Shown here in pieces: positions 37,501-48,783 of a stretch of 64,000 nt of DNA (the first letter of the stretch is position 1; each line of letters starts with the position of its first letter). The DNA lies in assembly GCF_018350175.1 (NCBI RefSeq), contig NC_058382.1, positions 52,144,001-52,208,000 on the forward strand, read 5' to 3'. The position numbers and the translations under genes were made by a program. This DNA comes from Felis catus (taxonomy: Eukaryota). The notes beneath the pieces are model-generated. The model worked only from the letters and a program-made list of their open reading frames with translations. It was not told the origin of the DNA and ran no database searches.

Positions 37501-38042
37501 CAGGGGAAATACTATAATTTTGATATATATTTGTTGGTGCCAAACTGCAATTAAATAGGAGGTGTTGGAAGAAGGTTTTATTTAACCAGCTTGAATTTGT
37601 TAATTAATTAGCAAAAACGTATATTTGGAATGCTTCAAGAAGCGGTTCCGTGATGTTCGCATAACTTGATTCCACGCAATTGTTTTTGTGTTTGTCTGTC
37701 TCTTTGGAGAAAACAAAACACCCCCTCCCTGCAAACAGTGCAGAATAAAATGTTTTCAACCACCAAAGGAAGGGAAAAGTAAGACACCTTGAATAATCTT
37801 ACCTCTTACCTCTTTGGGGGACATTTCTTAGCCTGTTAATGTTTGGAGTTCTCCCCTGGTGATCCAACAGACGTGTAGTATCTGGGGCAATGTCTATTAC
37901 GTGATTTAACTTGTACCTTGATGAGTTTGTGATTACGTTAGAGGACTTTGCAGGTGACTAAAGGAAAAAAAAAGAATCGTCTTGGCAGTTTCTGTGTGTG
38001 TGTGTGTGTGTATGTGTGTGGATTAAATTGCTTGCAGGACAT

Positions 38043-38215
38043 AAGTCCATCTCTGTATACATGGTATCCACCTCTATATGTGTAGTATCCACCCCTGTAT
38101 ATATTGTATGCACCCCTGTATATATAGTATCCACCTCTGTATATATACTATCCACCTCTGTGTATATCGTATCCAACCCTGTGTATATAGTATCTACCTC
38201 TGTATCTATAGTATC
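38043..38215. repeat. 21-bp minisatellite, about 8 copies (consensus gtatccacctctgtatatata)
   Basis: Unit starts at 38064, 38085, 38106, 38127, 38148, 38169, 38190, 38211 (exact 21-bp period) plus a degenerate copy upstream. Confidence 0.95.
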
Positions 38216-39452
38216 ATGCTAGCTCCCATGTTTTCGTTACTTGGGATAGTAACAAGTTTCTTAGTGACCGTTCCTGTTTCCATCCTGAGAAGAGAATGAG
38301 GGCGTCACCAGAGTGCCCTGTAAGCAATTCTGATGAAAAGGACTTTCTTTTTTGAATAAGTAGAAAAAAAACAGTGGGAGACTTAAATAGGGACAGATGT
38401 ATTAAAAACTCTACTGCAGTTATGTGTTGAAAAATAAGTAACAGAAGGATTGTGTTGTTTTAAAAAAGAGATATTTAAGGGTCTTGAAAAAGCTATGTGT
38501 GTGGGGGGGGAGATTGGAGGGGGGGAGAGCCCTGCCCTCTCATATCGAGCATTTTGCAAATTAAGTGAGTTTCATTCTCCCATAAAATAGGAATCCAATA
38601 ACATTTTATATGATCATAAAATGTGTCTACTTTTGTCTCCATCTTTTATGAAAAAAAAGGAAATATTCCCAAAGTATATTACAAAAAATAATTAATAAGC
38701 AACCTTTCGTAGTTATTTTCCAAGGTTAATTATTACCCTAAGAAATCAATTTCAATTTCTTCGGTTTGAGAGACTCGTTTGTGACTCGGTGTTTCCAAAA
38801 AAGGGAGTGAGTTAAGATGCTAAATGGGAGCCTTCATTCCCTAGAGAGAATGTCTTTGCTGCTGGCTGTGATTTATCCGGTGCTGTCTTGCCTGTTTATG
38901 CCCCATGCCAGGAGAATGTATGGAAAATGTAATAGAGCTATTAGGATCTAGTGTAGCAGATTGGTTACAGGAGGAAACAAAAGTTGTCTTCATATTGTTA
39001 AAATAAAAGTGAGATACCCTTGAGTCTTCACAAAAGAAAATAACTTGGCCCTTAACCTTCCTGACAAGCCTGAGCTAACGGAGCCGGGGGTCCAGGGAGG
39101 CAGCCTGCATCTCTTTGCATGGTGATCACTGCTCCTGTCCTGAGACAGAGGTGAGCACAGCCAGGAAGAGGGAAGAGACACTCCAACCTGCAACTATCTC
39201 CTGATGGAACACAGGAAACCAGAAATGAAGGGGATGACTCCCATCTCGCCTCGTGGCGATCTTCTGTAAAAGTCATCAAAGTCACACTGTGTTTTCACCA
39301 GGCACCTGAGTTTCTTGAGCCGGGACTAGAATGTTCGGGGCCATTACGGCTAACCATGGTAGGCTCTCCCCATCGGGGGCCACACTTTGGCAGTGGTGGG
39401 ATTTCCTCTCTGATTCAGTATGTTCTTCAAGTACATGGAAAAAAAAAAGTTT

Positions 39453-39693
39453 GGGCGCACCTGGGTGGCTCATTCAGTTAAGCCTCCCACTTTGGCTTGG
39501 GTCATGTTTTCCCAGTTTGTGAGTTTGAGCCCCACGTTGGACTCTGCACTGACAGTGGGGAGCCTGCTTGGAATTCTCTGTCTCCCTGTCTCTCTGCCTC
39601 TTCCCTGCTCGCTCGTGTGCTCGCTCTCTCTCTCTCTCTCTCTCAAAAAATATATAAATAAATAAACTTCAAAAATAAAATGCTTTCCTTAAA
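39453..39693 (+). mobile_element. Can-SINE (SINEC)
   Basis: gggcgcacctgggtggctcattcagttaagc...gagcctgcttggaattctctgtctccc, (CT)n, A tail; flanking repeat aaaaaaaaaagttt. Confidence 0.95.
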
Positions 39694-40072
39694 AAAAAAA
39701 AAAGTTTATTTCCCCACCTTTAATCTACTTTATATTTCAGTGTTTGGCTTAGAATTTCCCATGAGTTGGAATGGTTGATTTTCTGTATTTTGCATGTGTT
39801 AAGGTGAACATTTCAATACTTTGTGACATTCATTGAAAAAAAAAATGCAATAACCTCTAAGGATGAGGTGAGAGAAACAGCCAGTCAGCTGGTCTGTATA
39901 TTGATTCTTTATATTGGGGATCTCCAACAGACTGGGGGGCAGAGGGGTCTGGGTTCGAGGGAGGGGCTACGAATAGTTAATCAGGATGCTCTCCTTGTAC
40001 ATGAAAGAGTCTGAGTTCAAACTAGCTTACCTGGAAAGGGTCATTATCGGCTCATGAATGTAAAGTTTTCTG

Positions 40073-40401
40073 CAAAAGTCAGCAAGTTTTCTCTGTAATA
40101 GGACAGATAATAAATATTTTTGGCACTGTGGGCCACGTGGTCTCTTGTCACAATACTCACTCACCTCTTCCTCTGTAGCAAGAAAAGCCACAACGACGAT
40201 GGGTAAACCAGCAGGTGTGGCCATGCTCCAATGAAACTTTACTTATGGAGACCAGGCTTTGGATTTCATGTAATATTTCACGTGTTAAAATCTATTCTTT
40301 CTTTCTTCAGCCATTTAAACATGTATTTTTAGACACTGGGCTGTTTGAAAACATGGGGCTGAGGTCCAGATTGGGCTCAGTGGTCTGTTTGCCAGCCCCT
40401 G
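40073..40401 (-). mobile_element. MER58B-like hAT-Charlie DNA transposon
   Basis: gataataaatatttttggcactgtgggccacgtggtctct...ctccaatgaaactttactt...tttgccagcccctg; opposite orientation to the 24570 copy. Confidence 0.88.
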
Positions 40402-41855
40402 GTGTAGAGTCTACTTGTCCCAGAGCTTAACTATGTCATGAGGGCCCCGTCTTTAACCTCTTGATTTTGATTTTTTTAAAAATTGTGTTCTTCCAAGAGA
40501 GTTTTCTGAGTGGGGATCAAGCTTGCCACTGATACGGACTAGCCCTTCCGCAACGGCAGCAAGAAGCCATTTCCCTCACTGTCCCCACCCAAAAGCCGCA
40601 GCGAGAATAGGATTGGCCTGGCTTGAGGCAAGTGCTACCCCTGAATCATTTATGACCCACAGGATGCGGTTCTTTGGTCCCAAGGCCTGGCCCTACGTGG
40701 AGTCTGGGAGGCCCAGCTCCCTAATGAAGAAATGAGTGCCATTTTGGCCACAGACAGGACATGGGCTTATATCCTGGACAGTCCTAGGTGTCGCTTCCAG
40801 ACTCCACTGTGAACCTTTTACAGTCTTGCGTTATAATTTTATTTTTAGATGTCTCTGGAGACCTCAGGAAGAAGTCCTTTCTGAGTATGGCTTCAGAAAA
40901 GGAATGCGTAGGGTGGTTTCTTATTGATGACTGGCAAAGTATGGGCCTCTGTAAGTCACACTGCAGCTCCTTCCTGGAAGCAGAGCTCAAGGCAGGCTTC
41001 TCGTTCGGTTGATCTGGGACGTTGCGCCTTCGCAAGAAGGGGGGTGAGGAAAATGGCATAGGGCAGGGGGAGTGGCCCGGCTTCCACCCGCGCCCATGCG
41101 GAGCTCTGGACTATGAAGCTGGAGCGTGGATGCTGCTTGAGACAAGGGTCTGGCTGGCTGGCAGGCAGTGATTAGCCAGCCTCTGCCAGAGAAGGAGGCT
41201 TAGTGGGCACAGCCCCAGGTGAAGCAGAAGGGGGTAGTTGTGGCTTAGCAGCCAACACTCAAGAGCCACTGGGCGCACCTGCCAGTGAGGGCATCTGCGG
41301 TTAGGAGGCAGCATTGTAATAGGCTGGTCTGCACCAGAGAGGCTTCTCTCAGCCCTCTACCCATGGAAGGAAGAAGGATTTTGGCATCAAAATACTCTGC
41401 AGGCAGTGTACGTACCTGGGTATTAACGGACGCCCCAAGTGTGGGTCTACGCTTTTAAGAAGTTTAAACCTCTCTTTCTGACAATGGCCTCATACCCGCT
41501 TTTCCACCTTCCGACCTGTTTACTTCAACAGAGTGATCCTCTAATAACTTTTGTTTAGTGAAACTCAAGCCTTTTCAGGATGCTGTGCTAATGTCTTCCT
41601 TCCTTAATTGAGTAAATATATTATACACAGCTGGGTAGGTGATTTCCTTGCTGGCCTTGCTGCTACAATTTGAAAATGGATACAATTTTCTTTAACTCAC
41701 ATAGAATGAATGAGGCATTTATTCCTGGTTTCCTGTGGCTCTCCTCCTTCAGAAAATGTATTTACATGGGTATTTTTGAAGCACTTCTTAAGAAACTGAA
41801 AAATTAAAAAGGGGGGTGGTGGAAAGCCAAGCCAAACCCCTTACCCCTCCTCCAA

Positions 41856-41871
41856 ACAATGGCTACATTGT
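41856..41871. promoter_or_regulatory. SoxE (SOX8/9/10) dimer motif ACAATG-N4-CATTGT
   Basis: acaatg-gcta-cattgt read directly; binding not shown. Confidence 0.5.
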
Positions 41872-44800
41872 GACAACAGTGGGTTGAGCTAAATTCAGCT
41901 ACGTCAAGGAAGAGCAGTAAAAGGAGACGGATTGTTCTCTAAGCTTCACTTTATTGGATATTGTAATTGACATATAGTTGTCATTTATAATCATCTGTCC
42001 ATTCTTGTGAGTTGGGAGCAGTAAAGTTAATTGTGGCAGCTCATTTGCATTAATCTCACCTCTGAAGGGTACAGTAACCCATTAATATCATGTCATGATG
42101 AATTATCACAAATAACATTGAACATATTGATTAATGATCTCTGAGATTTGTATCTCGTTAAAACATTTTGTTAGCTCTTTAAACTTTTAAGCCAACAACC
42201 ATTGCACGTAGGAGGTGTTCGAGTCGTCTACTAGGTGGTGGTGGGGAGTGGCATACATTGGCAGGGTCACTGGTTTAAGGAGTTGGACCACTCAGTTCCC
42301 ATTAGATTTTTTTCCCCCCTCTTCAAGAAGCCAAGCACATTTTCTTGGTAACCTCCTCCTACTTTTCCCTGGATGATGGTTTCTTCAAAACAGCGGCTTC
42401 TTTGATTATAAAGCATTTCTGATTCTCGACTGGAATGATTTTAATAAAAGAGTTTTTTAAGTTATCTATTCAGTTCCCCAATTGCTGGCCTTTGGAATCT
42501 CTTGTCTACCTAGATCTGCTTGTTACTTTAAAGTGCACGTGTTTTTTTTTTTTTTCTCGTCCACTGCATCAAAATTTCTGAACTTTTGTGTTAACATAAA
42601 TATAGACCATATTTGGAATGAGTTGTTGGAGATGAAATAAGGTCACTTAAAAACATGACTTACCTTCGTTTTATAAAACTTCATTCCTCTTTTCTCGGGT
42701 GCTTTCATTTTTCAGGTGATTGTCCCGAAGGAACAAATATATTGGCCCCACGTGTCATGTGGGCATTAGTGAAATTATTAAAAATCCTCTTTAACAAGCC
42801 CTTTGTAGAATTTCCTGGTAGAAGTTTCAATACACTAGGTGCAGTGAAGTAAAAAGTTGGCCTAAGAGTTGAATTGCAAAGGTCCTTCTTTGCGGCTCTT
42901 TGCTTCACAGGTTGTGAAAGCTCTACAATGTTTGATCTCTCTCAGCTTACATGTTCCTTCCACCTACCTTTAGCATTTGCTCTGTTTTGTCCAGATAAGT
43001 ATTTAACAAGTGGCAAATACGGAGACTGGTCTCCTCTGCTGTTTGCTGTTTAGAGAAATTGGACCTGATGGTCCTGAAGTAAGGGTGCTTTGAAGAAGAT
43101 GTCATTAATGCCCGGCTAGAGAGCCGTTCTAGAGAGGGACCGAGGGCAGCAGCTGCTGGTCTGGGGCCCTCCAGCCTGGGGCCGGGGCCCCGCACGGAGG
43201 GCAGGATGGTGACCCCCGTGCCTGTCAAGCAGCCGGCTCCCGGAAGGCTGGAGTCACGGGTTCCGACGGTTAGGAAAAGGCAAATGCATGAGAGCTGTGC
43301 GCTGGTGGGGCACAAGGCAGCCATTATGTACTGTTTGTCCCTTTAGCCAGCAGGTAAGGACAGTGTTGCCATCCTTCCTTCCCTTCAGATGCTCACTTTT
43401 ATGAAGGGGTCTTAAAACAATAACCGGACCATATGTGTAGCAATCTTTGGGCCTAAATAGCTAAGGACAAAGTAGATTGCTTTTTTTCTAAGGGCCACTT
43501 TCCTTTCCCTTCTTTGTCAGGCCTGCGATGTTCCTCACCCACTGAGTATTTAATATCTGTGTTTTCAAATCAAAGAACAAGCTTTTTGTCTCCCAGGATA
43601 GTATCTTGTAAAGCCAACCTCTTTATTACTTCACTGGTTTAAGGCTTTATTACTTGCGATCCAAAGCCTGCTAGTGAATTATGCATGGTACGTTCCTCAG
43701 CATCTTCACTACCCACGCTCCCGCCACCTTTTTGGGGGGCCCGGAAAGTACAGGGAGATCACAACGTGTGTTCGTTTCTACCCACGGTATTAATCCTTAT
43801 TCATTTTAAAAAATCTGCTAACGGAAATATTTCCATTCAGCTCATTAATCAATTGTGATTTTCATTCCCTTGTTTTGTAAAAGCTGTTGCAATAAATACT
43901 TTTTTTTTTCACAAGGCGAAAATCCAAGAGATGGATGCAGCCGGCGTAATTAATTGCACCCAGTTACAGGAGATCAGCAAGTTTGTGAGATTCACATGCT
44001 GCTCTTCCATATGGTTGCCCAGTAGGCGAAAAATTTGATTAATGTTTTGAAGTAGATTTTTTTCAGCAAATATTACAGCCCCAGATGAGGTGTTTTTTTT
44101 TTCCTTTCTTTTACTTTCTAGTATTGTTAGGCTTAGCTGAAGAAACCAATCCTCTGATTTAAAGCTTAATAATATTGTGATCTAGCGAAAACTTAACATG
44201 CAATAAAAATTGCAGTCTGCCTGCCTCTCGTGGATACAGAAAAATAATGCGTTATGTCTTTGTTTGTAATTAAGTAAAACGTGAAAGTCAGATTCTAGGA
44301 CTTGATTTTTACCCCCCCCTTCCTGAAAAGAAAATATAACTGTGGTTTTAATTGATGTATTTTTGGTGTGATTTATAAACAATATATATGGGCAGACTTT
44401 TAGAAGTGTAAGGGAACAGTAAACTAAAACACAAAAATGAGTCAATGAATGGCTTCTTATTAATTGCTGCTCATACCAATGAAGCCACCCTAAATATGAC
44501 CAGGTGAGTGTCATAGAAAAAAATTTAAGCTGTTTCTACTGTTATCCCAAAGGTATATTGGTTTCATAACCACTCAAGACATTCATAGTTAATTTCTCCT
44601 TTATTTAGAAAAAAAAAAATAAAAACCTCCCGATTTTCTTTTTTCCAAGTTAGAAAGTCTGTTTTATCTTACGGCTCCTTGTCATGCTGGACACCCATGC
44701 TTTTATGTCACTGCCCCAGTGGGGTCATGCTCCAGCTTATTTTTTTGATCACTGGGTGGGAATCAGCCACTGGGTGACATAATGGGACAAGATATGGTAG

Positions 44801-45026
44801 GCTTGACCTTGGCGTTCAAAACAACAACAAGAGATTTTGGAAACGTGGGAACTGGTGATGCGTTTCGCAGGGAAAAATGAAATAAGACGAACTTCTCCCC
44901 TTTGGCAGATGAGGCCTGATGCTTCAGATAGCTTAGCTTTTCTGTTTTGCTTTGCTTTTGAAACTTAATGATTTCTAATTGCCTAAGCAATATATGACTC
45001 TCCTTAAACCTCGATGTCTGCTGGAA

Positions 45027-45190
45027 GGACTGTTAGCTCAGGTGGTTAAAGCCTGATCTGTTACTGGGTACCAAGCTCATTTTGAATCCTTTGTCATGGA
45101 GTCATGAACAAGAGCCGTAACTTTGACCCGCCACTGGTCCGGAGAGAGACTCAGTTCAGCAGGAACCGAGTTACCATTGAAAACAAAGCT
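45027..45190 (+). mobile_element. ancient tRNA-Ile-derived SINE relic (MamSINE1-like)
   Basis: ggactgttagctcaggtggttaaagcctgatc matches the 5' 32 nt of tRNA-Ile(AAT) GGCCGGTTAGCTCAGTTGGTTAGAGCGTGGTG at 25/32; ccaagctc and ttgaatcc follow at variable-arm and B-box positions. Confidence 0.55.
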
Positions 45191-45986
45191 AACAGTATTT
45201 GCTGTCCTCTATAAGATGTCACACATTTGCTGCTTTCTTCCTCTGCATCTAAGACATTTTAAGGGCTCGAAGTGCCCTGTTTCCAGTGGCTTCACAAGGA
45301 ACCGGCTCAGTCAAGGTACAGGGGCCAAGGCAGAGACCAGGCCAGGAGGGCCATCTCCTCTGATTTTGAGTTAGTAAGTCAAATCTTTGAAGAAAAGATT
45401 AGATACTTTTTGATAATATTAGATGTGTTTGATCGTTTCACTAAACTAGGTTTATAAATCTTTTTTTCTGTATTATTTTTATCTTAATGACCGTGTGGGT
45501 AGTAATTATCTGTAAAAGGCATGAAAAGAAGAAGTGTTACAGTGACAGCATATTTTTAAAAAGTCTGAAGAAACCAGCACAGCCTGTCTTCCCTAAGTTT
45601 GGGCTGAAGCTCTTTTGTTCACGTTCGGTGTTATCTAGTTAGAGATTATGATAGTGACGCAGCTTTGGAAACACCCTTTAGGAAAACATTTGTCTAAGAT
45701 TTACCTAACTTTTTTTCTTTGTCAGTCAGCCATTCCTGGTGAATATTTTTTAACCAGGAAGTTTAAGCAATCCGTCTCTGAAAGCCTACTACATTCAAGA
45801 CAGTTCATACAATTGCTTCCAATTACAGCCTGGGCTTTTTAATGGAAAAAAAAAAAAAGGAAATAGTTTAAAGTTTTTATTTAGTATGACAGTTGCAACA
45901 TGAATGATACATGGTCAGTTGGCAGGAGACAGTGCATCGAATTATTTATGAGTTTATCTTTTTTTTTTTTTTTGCAGCACCTATTT

Positions 45987-46030
<44 letters not shown>

Positions 46031-46062
46031 TATATACGTATGTTTGTATATATATGTGTGTG
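45987..46062. repeat. compound (TA)n(CA)n...(TA)n(TG)n microsatellite
   Basis: Direct read. Confidence 0.9.
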
Positions 46063-47799
46063 CAGTTTATTACTGAGTCATAGTATGAATGGCTGAGGGA
46101 AATGTTTGAGAGGGTCTGATGAGGGCCAGTGCCTTATGGCAATGAAAGTCGTGTTAGTTTTATTCACAGCAGGTGGATCTAGGTTGGTCTGATTTTTGTT
46201 GTGAAGTTATGGTCCTGGTGGTTGTTTGAATAAAATGCGTTTGGAAGCAACAAGCCTGTTCACAGAGCAATATTTTGTTTTATCAAAGGAGAAGAATATA
46301 TGTCTTGTCCATCTTTCACGAGTAATACATCCTTCTACACGATAGCATTGCCCGAACAATCATAGTGACCCTTTATATCCTAGAGGAGCCCGATACATTT
46401 GCAACATCTCCCTTTATAAGTCTTACTTCCCTAGAAGTAATCCTTTGGAGAACGACAATTCCCAGAGTATCATTTCCCTTAGATGAAATTTCCTTTTATT
46501 TGAACTAACCGCGTTGGATTGTAATTTACAGGCTCTGTCGGTATACAGTTGTTCAGATCTGGTATTTCACCCGCAAGCATCCATCAGTTGGGTGGACGTT
46601 GGCGCATTTTTCAAGCGGGAAGAAGTCCAAACAAATATAAGAAGGGAGGAAAAAAAATACCATCCTGGAGATGGGAAGAAAAAAGAATTATCCTTGGGGT
46701 CTCACAAGTTGAGATCGTTGCCTGTTGCCATGCAAAACTAACACCCAGCAGGGAGGTTCTGCTCTTCTCCCAAATTCTCAGTTAACACAAGGTGCCCTGG
46801 CAGCTGGGAGCCAGAGAGAGTGAGGGTCCTGGCTGAAATGCGGTGCAAGGCGGCTCTCGAAGAAGTCTTGCTGGGAGCACACAGTGCTGGAGGGGAGAAC
46901 TTTACCTGGTGCTGGCAGCGAAACTTTGCCAGTCTGTTTCTTCCCCCGCTTCAGGCTTGAATAAATGAGCGCTAATGATTTTTAAGGCGTTTTTTAAGTG
47001 ATTTGTCTTGGGAATGCTAAATTGGCAAGAATAAAACCTAGGCAGGAAAGTTGATTTTTGATGACCCAGAGAAGGCATGTCCTAGAGTGATTTAGTAAGG
47101 CTCCAGTGGTCTAAGATTGTTCCACATCAGGGAAAGTGTACAGTTCTCAGAATTACTTACTAATGAAAAAAAGAGGTGGGGGGGGGGGAAGGTTGTTGGG
47201 CTACTGGGCATTGGGAATGAGCAGCAGCTCTTAAGATGAAGTGTTCTGAGAAACCTTCTGCCATGGGGATCCAAGATAGTGCCTTCCTGAAGAACGGTTT
47301 CCCTTGTCCCGGAACGAAGGGGACAGGGAAACTCCCAGATTCCCGTAAAGGTAGAGGGGTCGTTTCATGAACCCAAGAAAGCACAAGAGATCCAAGTGTA
47401 TACATACATCCCAGTTCTCAAATCAAACCTATTGTTGCATTTTCTACGTAACCAGTATTTGAAAAACACAGTGTTGGGGAGTCTCATTTTCTTTCGTACT
47501 AGCTTGGGGGTGTGAGTGGGTCTGGTTCTTTTTAGGAGGCACTGAGTAAAATAATGTGTACTATGGAGAGAAATGCCCTTTACTTGACAGGTGTTTTCTT
47601 CAAGTTTTCCGAGTCTACAGCATGAGTCAGCCTATCACAGATTTGAGGATATTCATTGAGAGTTTTAGGAGTCACTTTATTTTTATTTTCGTGAAGAGTG
47701 AAGTAATTGTATCTCATTGATAATCAGAAGCTTATCAGCCCATGAATTCAGTTACAGGTATTTAAAGTCACTTCTATTAATTCTTTAAAATGAGATTGC

Positions 47800-47843
47800 T
47801 GCGCACGCGTGCACACACACACACACAGATACACACATTTCCA

Positions 47844-47882
<39 letters not shown>
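47800..47882. repeat. alternating purine-pyrimidine/(CA)n tract followed by (CT)17
   Basis: tgcgcacgcgtgcacacacacacacaca at 47800-47827; (CT)n at 47849-47882. Confidence 0.92.
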
Positions 47883-47884
<2 letters not shown>

Positions 47885-48742
47885 AGGACTTGGGGTTGGT
47901 CAAGCAAACATCATACGGGCATTTACTTAGGGAGCACTCTTCAGACTGACATGTCAATATCTGCCCACGTGTTTATTTGTAATTAAAGTTAAAACGCTCT
48001 AGAATGGCTTTACCATTAATCTAAAAACATAGAGTCGTTTCCTGGGGAATGATATATGACAGTTTGCCCTGCGCTTCCTCTGAAAAGGAGACTGTTCCTG
48101 TGGCATTGTTACCGAGCGTGGCTTTTCCTGTAGGGCTCACGGCTTAACTGTTTCAAACTCCTGTTGTTCTGTAAATCTGTCAGAAGGGTCTGCAAGGGAC
48201 CATATTTATGACGAGAGTGTAGAGTGGTCAGTCTAAAAAGCTCCTTAGTGTAGTACTTTGAATTTTAAATTACACACATAATTCAGAGGTAATGTAACTT
48301 GCAGTGTCGGACTTTCGTCCATTCCGTTAAATGGAGAAAAATGACTGGTGTGAGGAATGACTTATTGATTCTTGGTGGGAAAATGACTTCTGTAATATAG
48401 GAAGTATGGTAAAAGGAATAGCTTAATTATTTACGGAGCACTTTTCAAAATATGCTTTTACAGCAGTACAAATTGTGTATATACAAATCGTACAACTGGA
48501 TTCTTTTTTTTTTTTTTAATTCTTTCTTAGAGGAAAGTTATGAGAAGGCTTATCGTATTTAGTTGCTAAGGCAAAGTTTAATTTTGCTTAAACTCTTGGT
48601 GGCTGTAACTAAGAAAGGTACAAGGAGCAAGGAGAAGTTTCTAAATACCTTAAAAATATGATTTGTTCTAATTGCCATTTCTTATTTATGTTATACTTAC
48701 GCTCACTTTAGGGGAACTTGACTGCCAAGATTTACAAAATAC

Positions 48743-48745
<3 letters not shown>

Positions 48746-48780
<35 letters not shown>
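48746..48780. repeat. (TC)n microsatellite
   Basis: Direct read. Confidence 0.95.

Positions 48781-48783
<3 letters not shown>

Noticed and set aside
37016..37543. 175-aa minus-strand ORF over the candidate conserved element
   Set aside because: Starts at TTG, has no recognisable domain or exon structure; a non-coding explanation fits better
37958..38222. Heptad-repeat protein (DTIYTEV)n or CRISPR-like array
   Set aside because: Arises from the 21-bp head-to-tail minisatellite; there are no unique spacers and no cas genes, and the DNA is eukaryotic
42225..42245. CTCF-like ctactaggtggtgg
   Set aside because: Mismatches at core positions; similar matches are common by chance
45027..45105. 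Functional tRNA-Ile gene
   Set aside because: Anticodon arm and B-box are degenerate and no full cloverleaf forms; treated as a SINE or pseudogene relic
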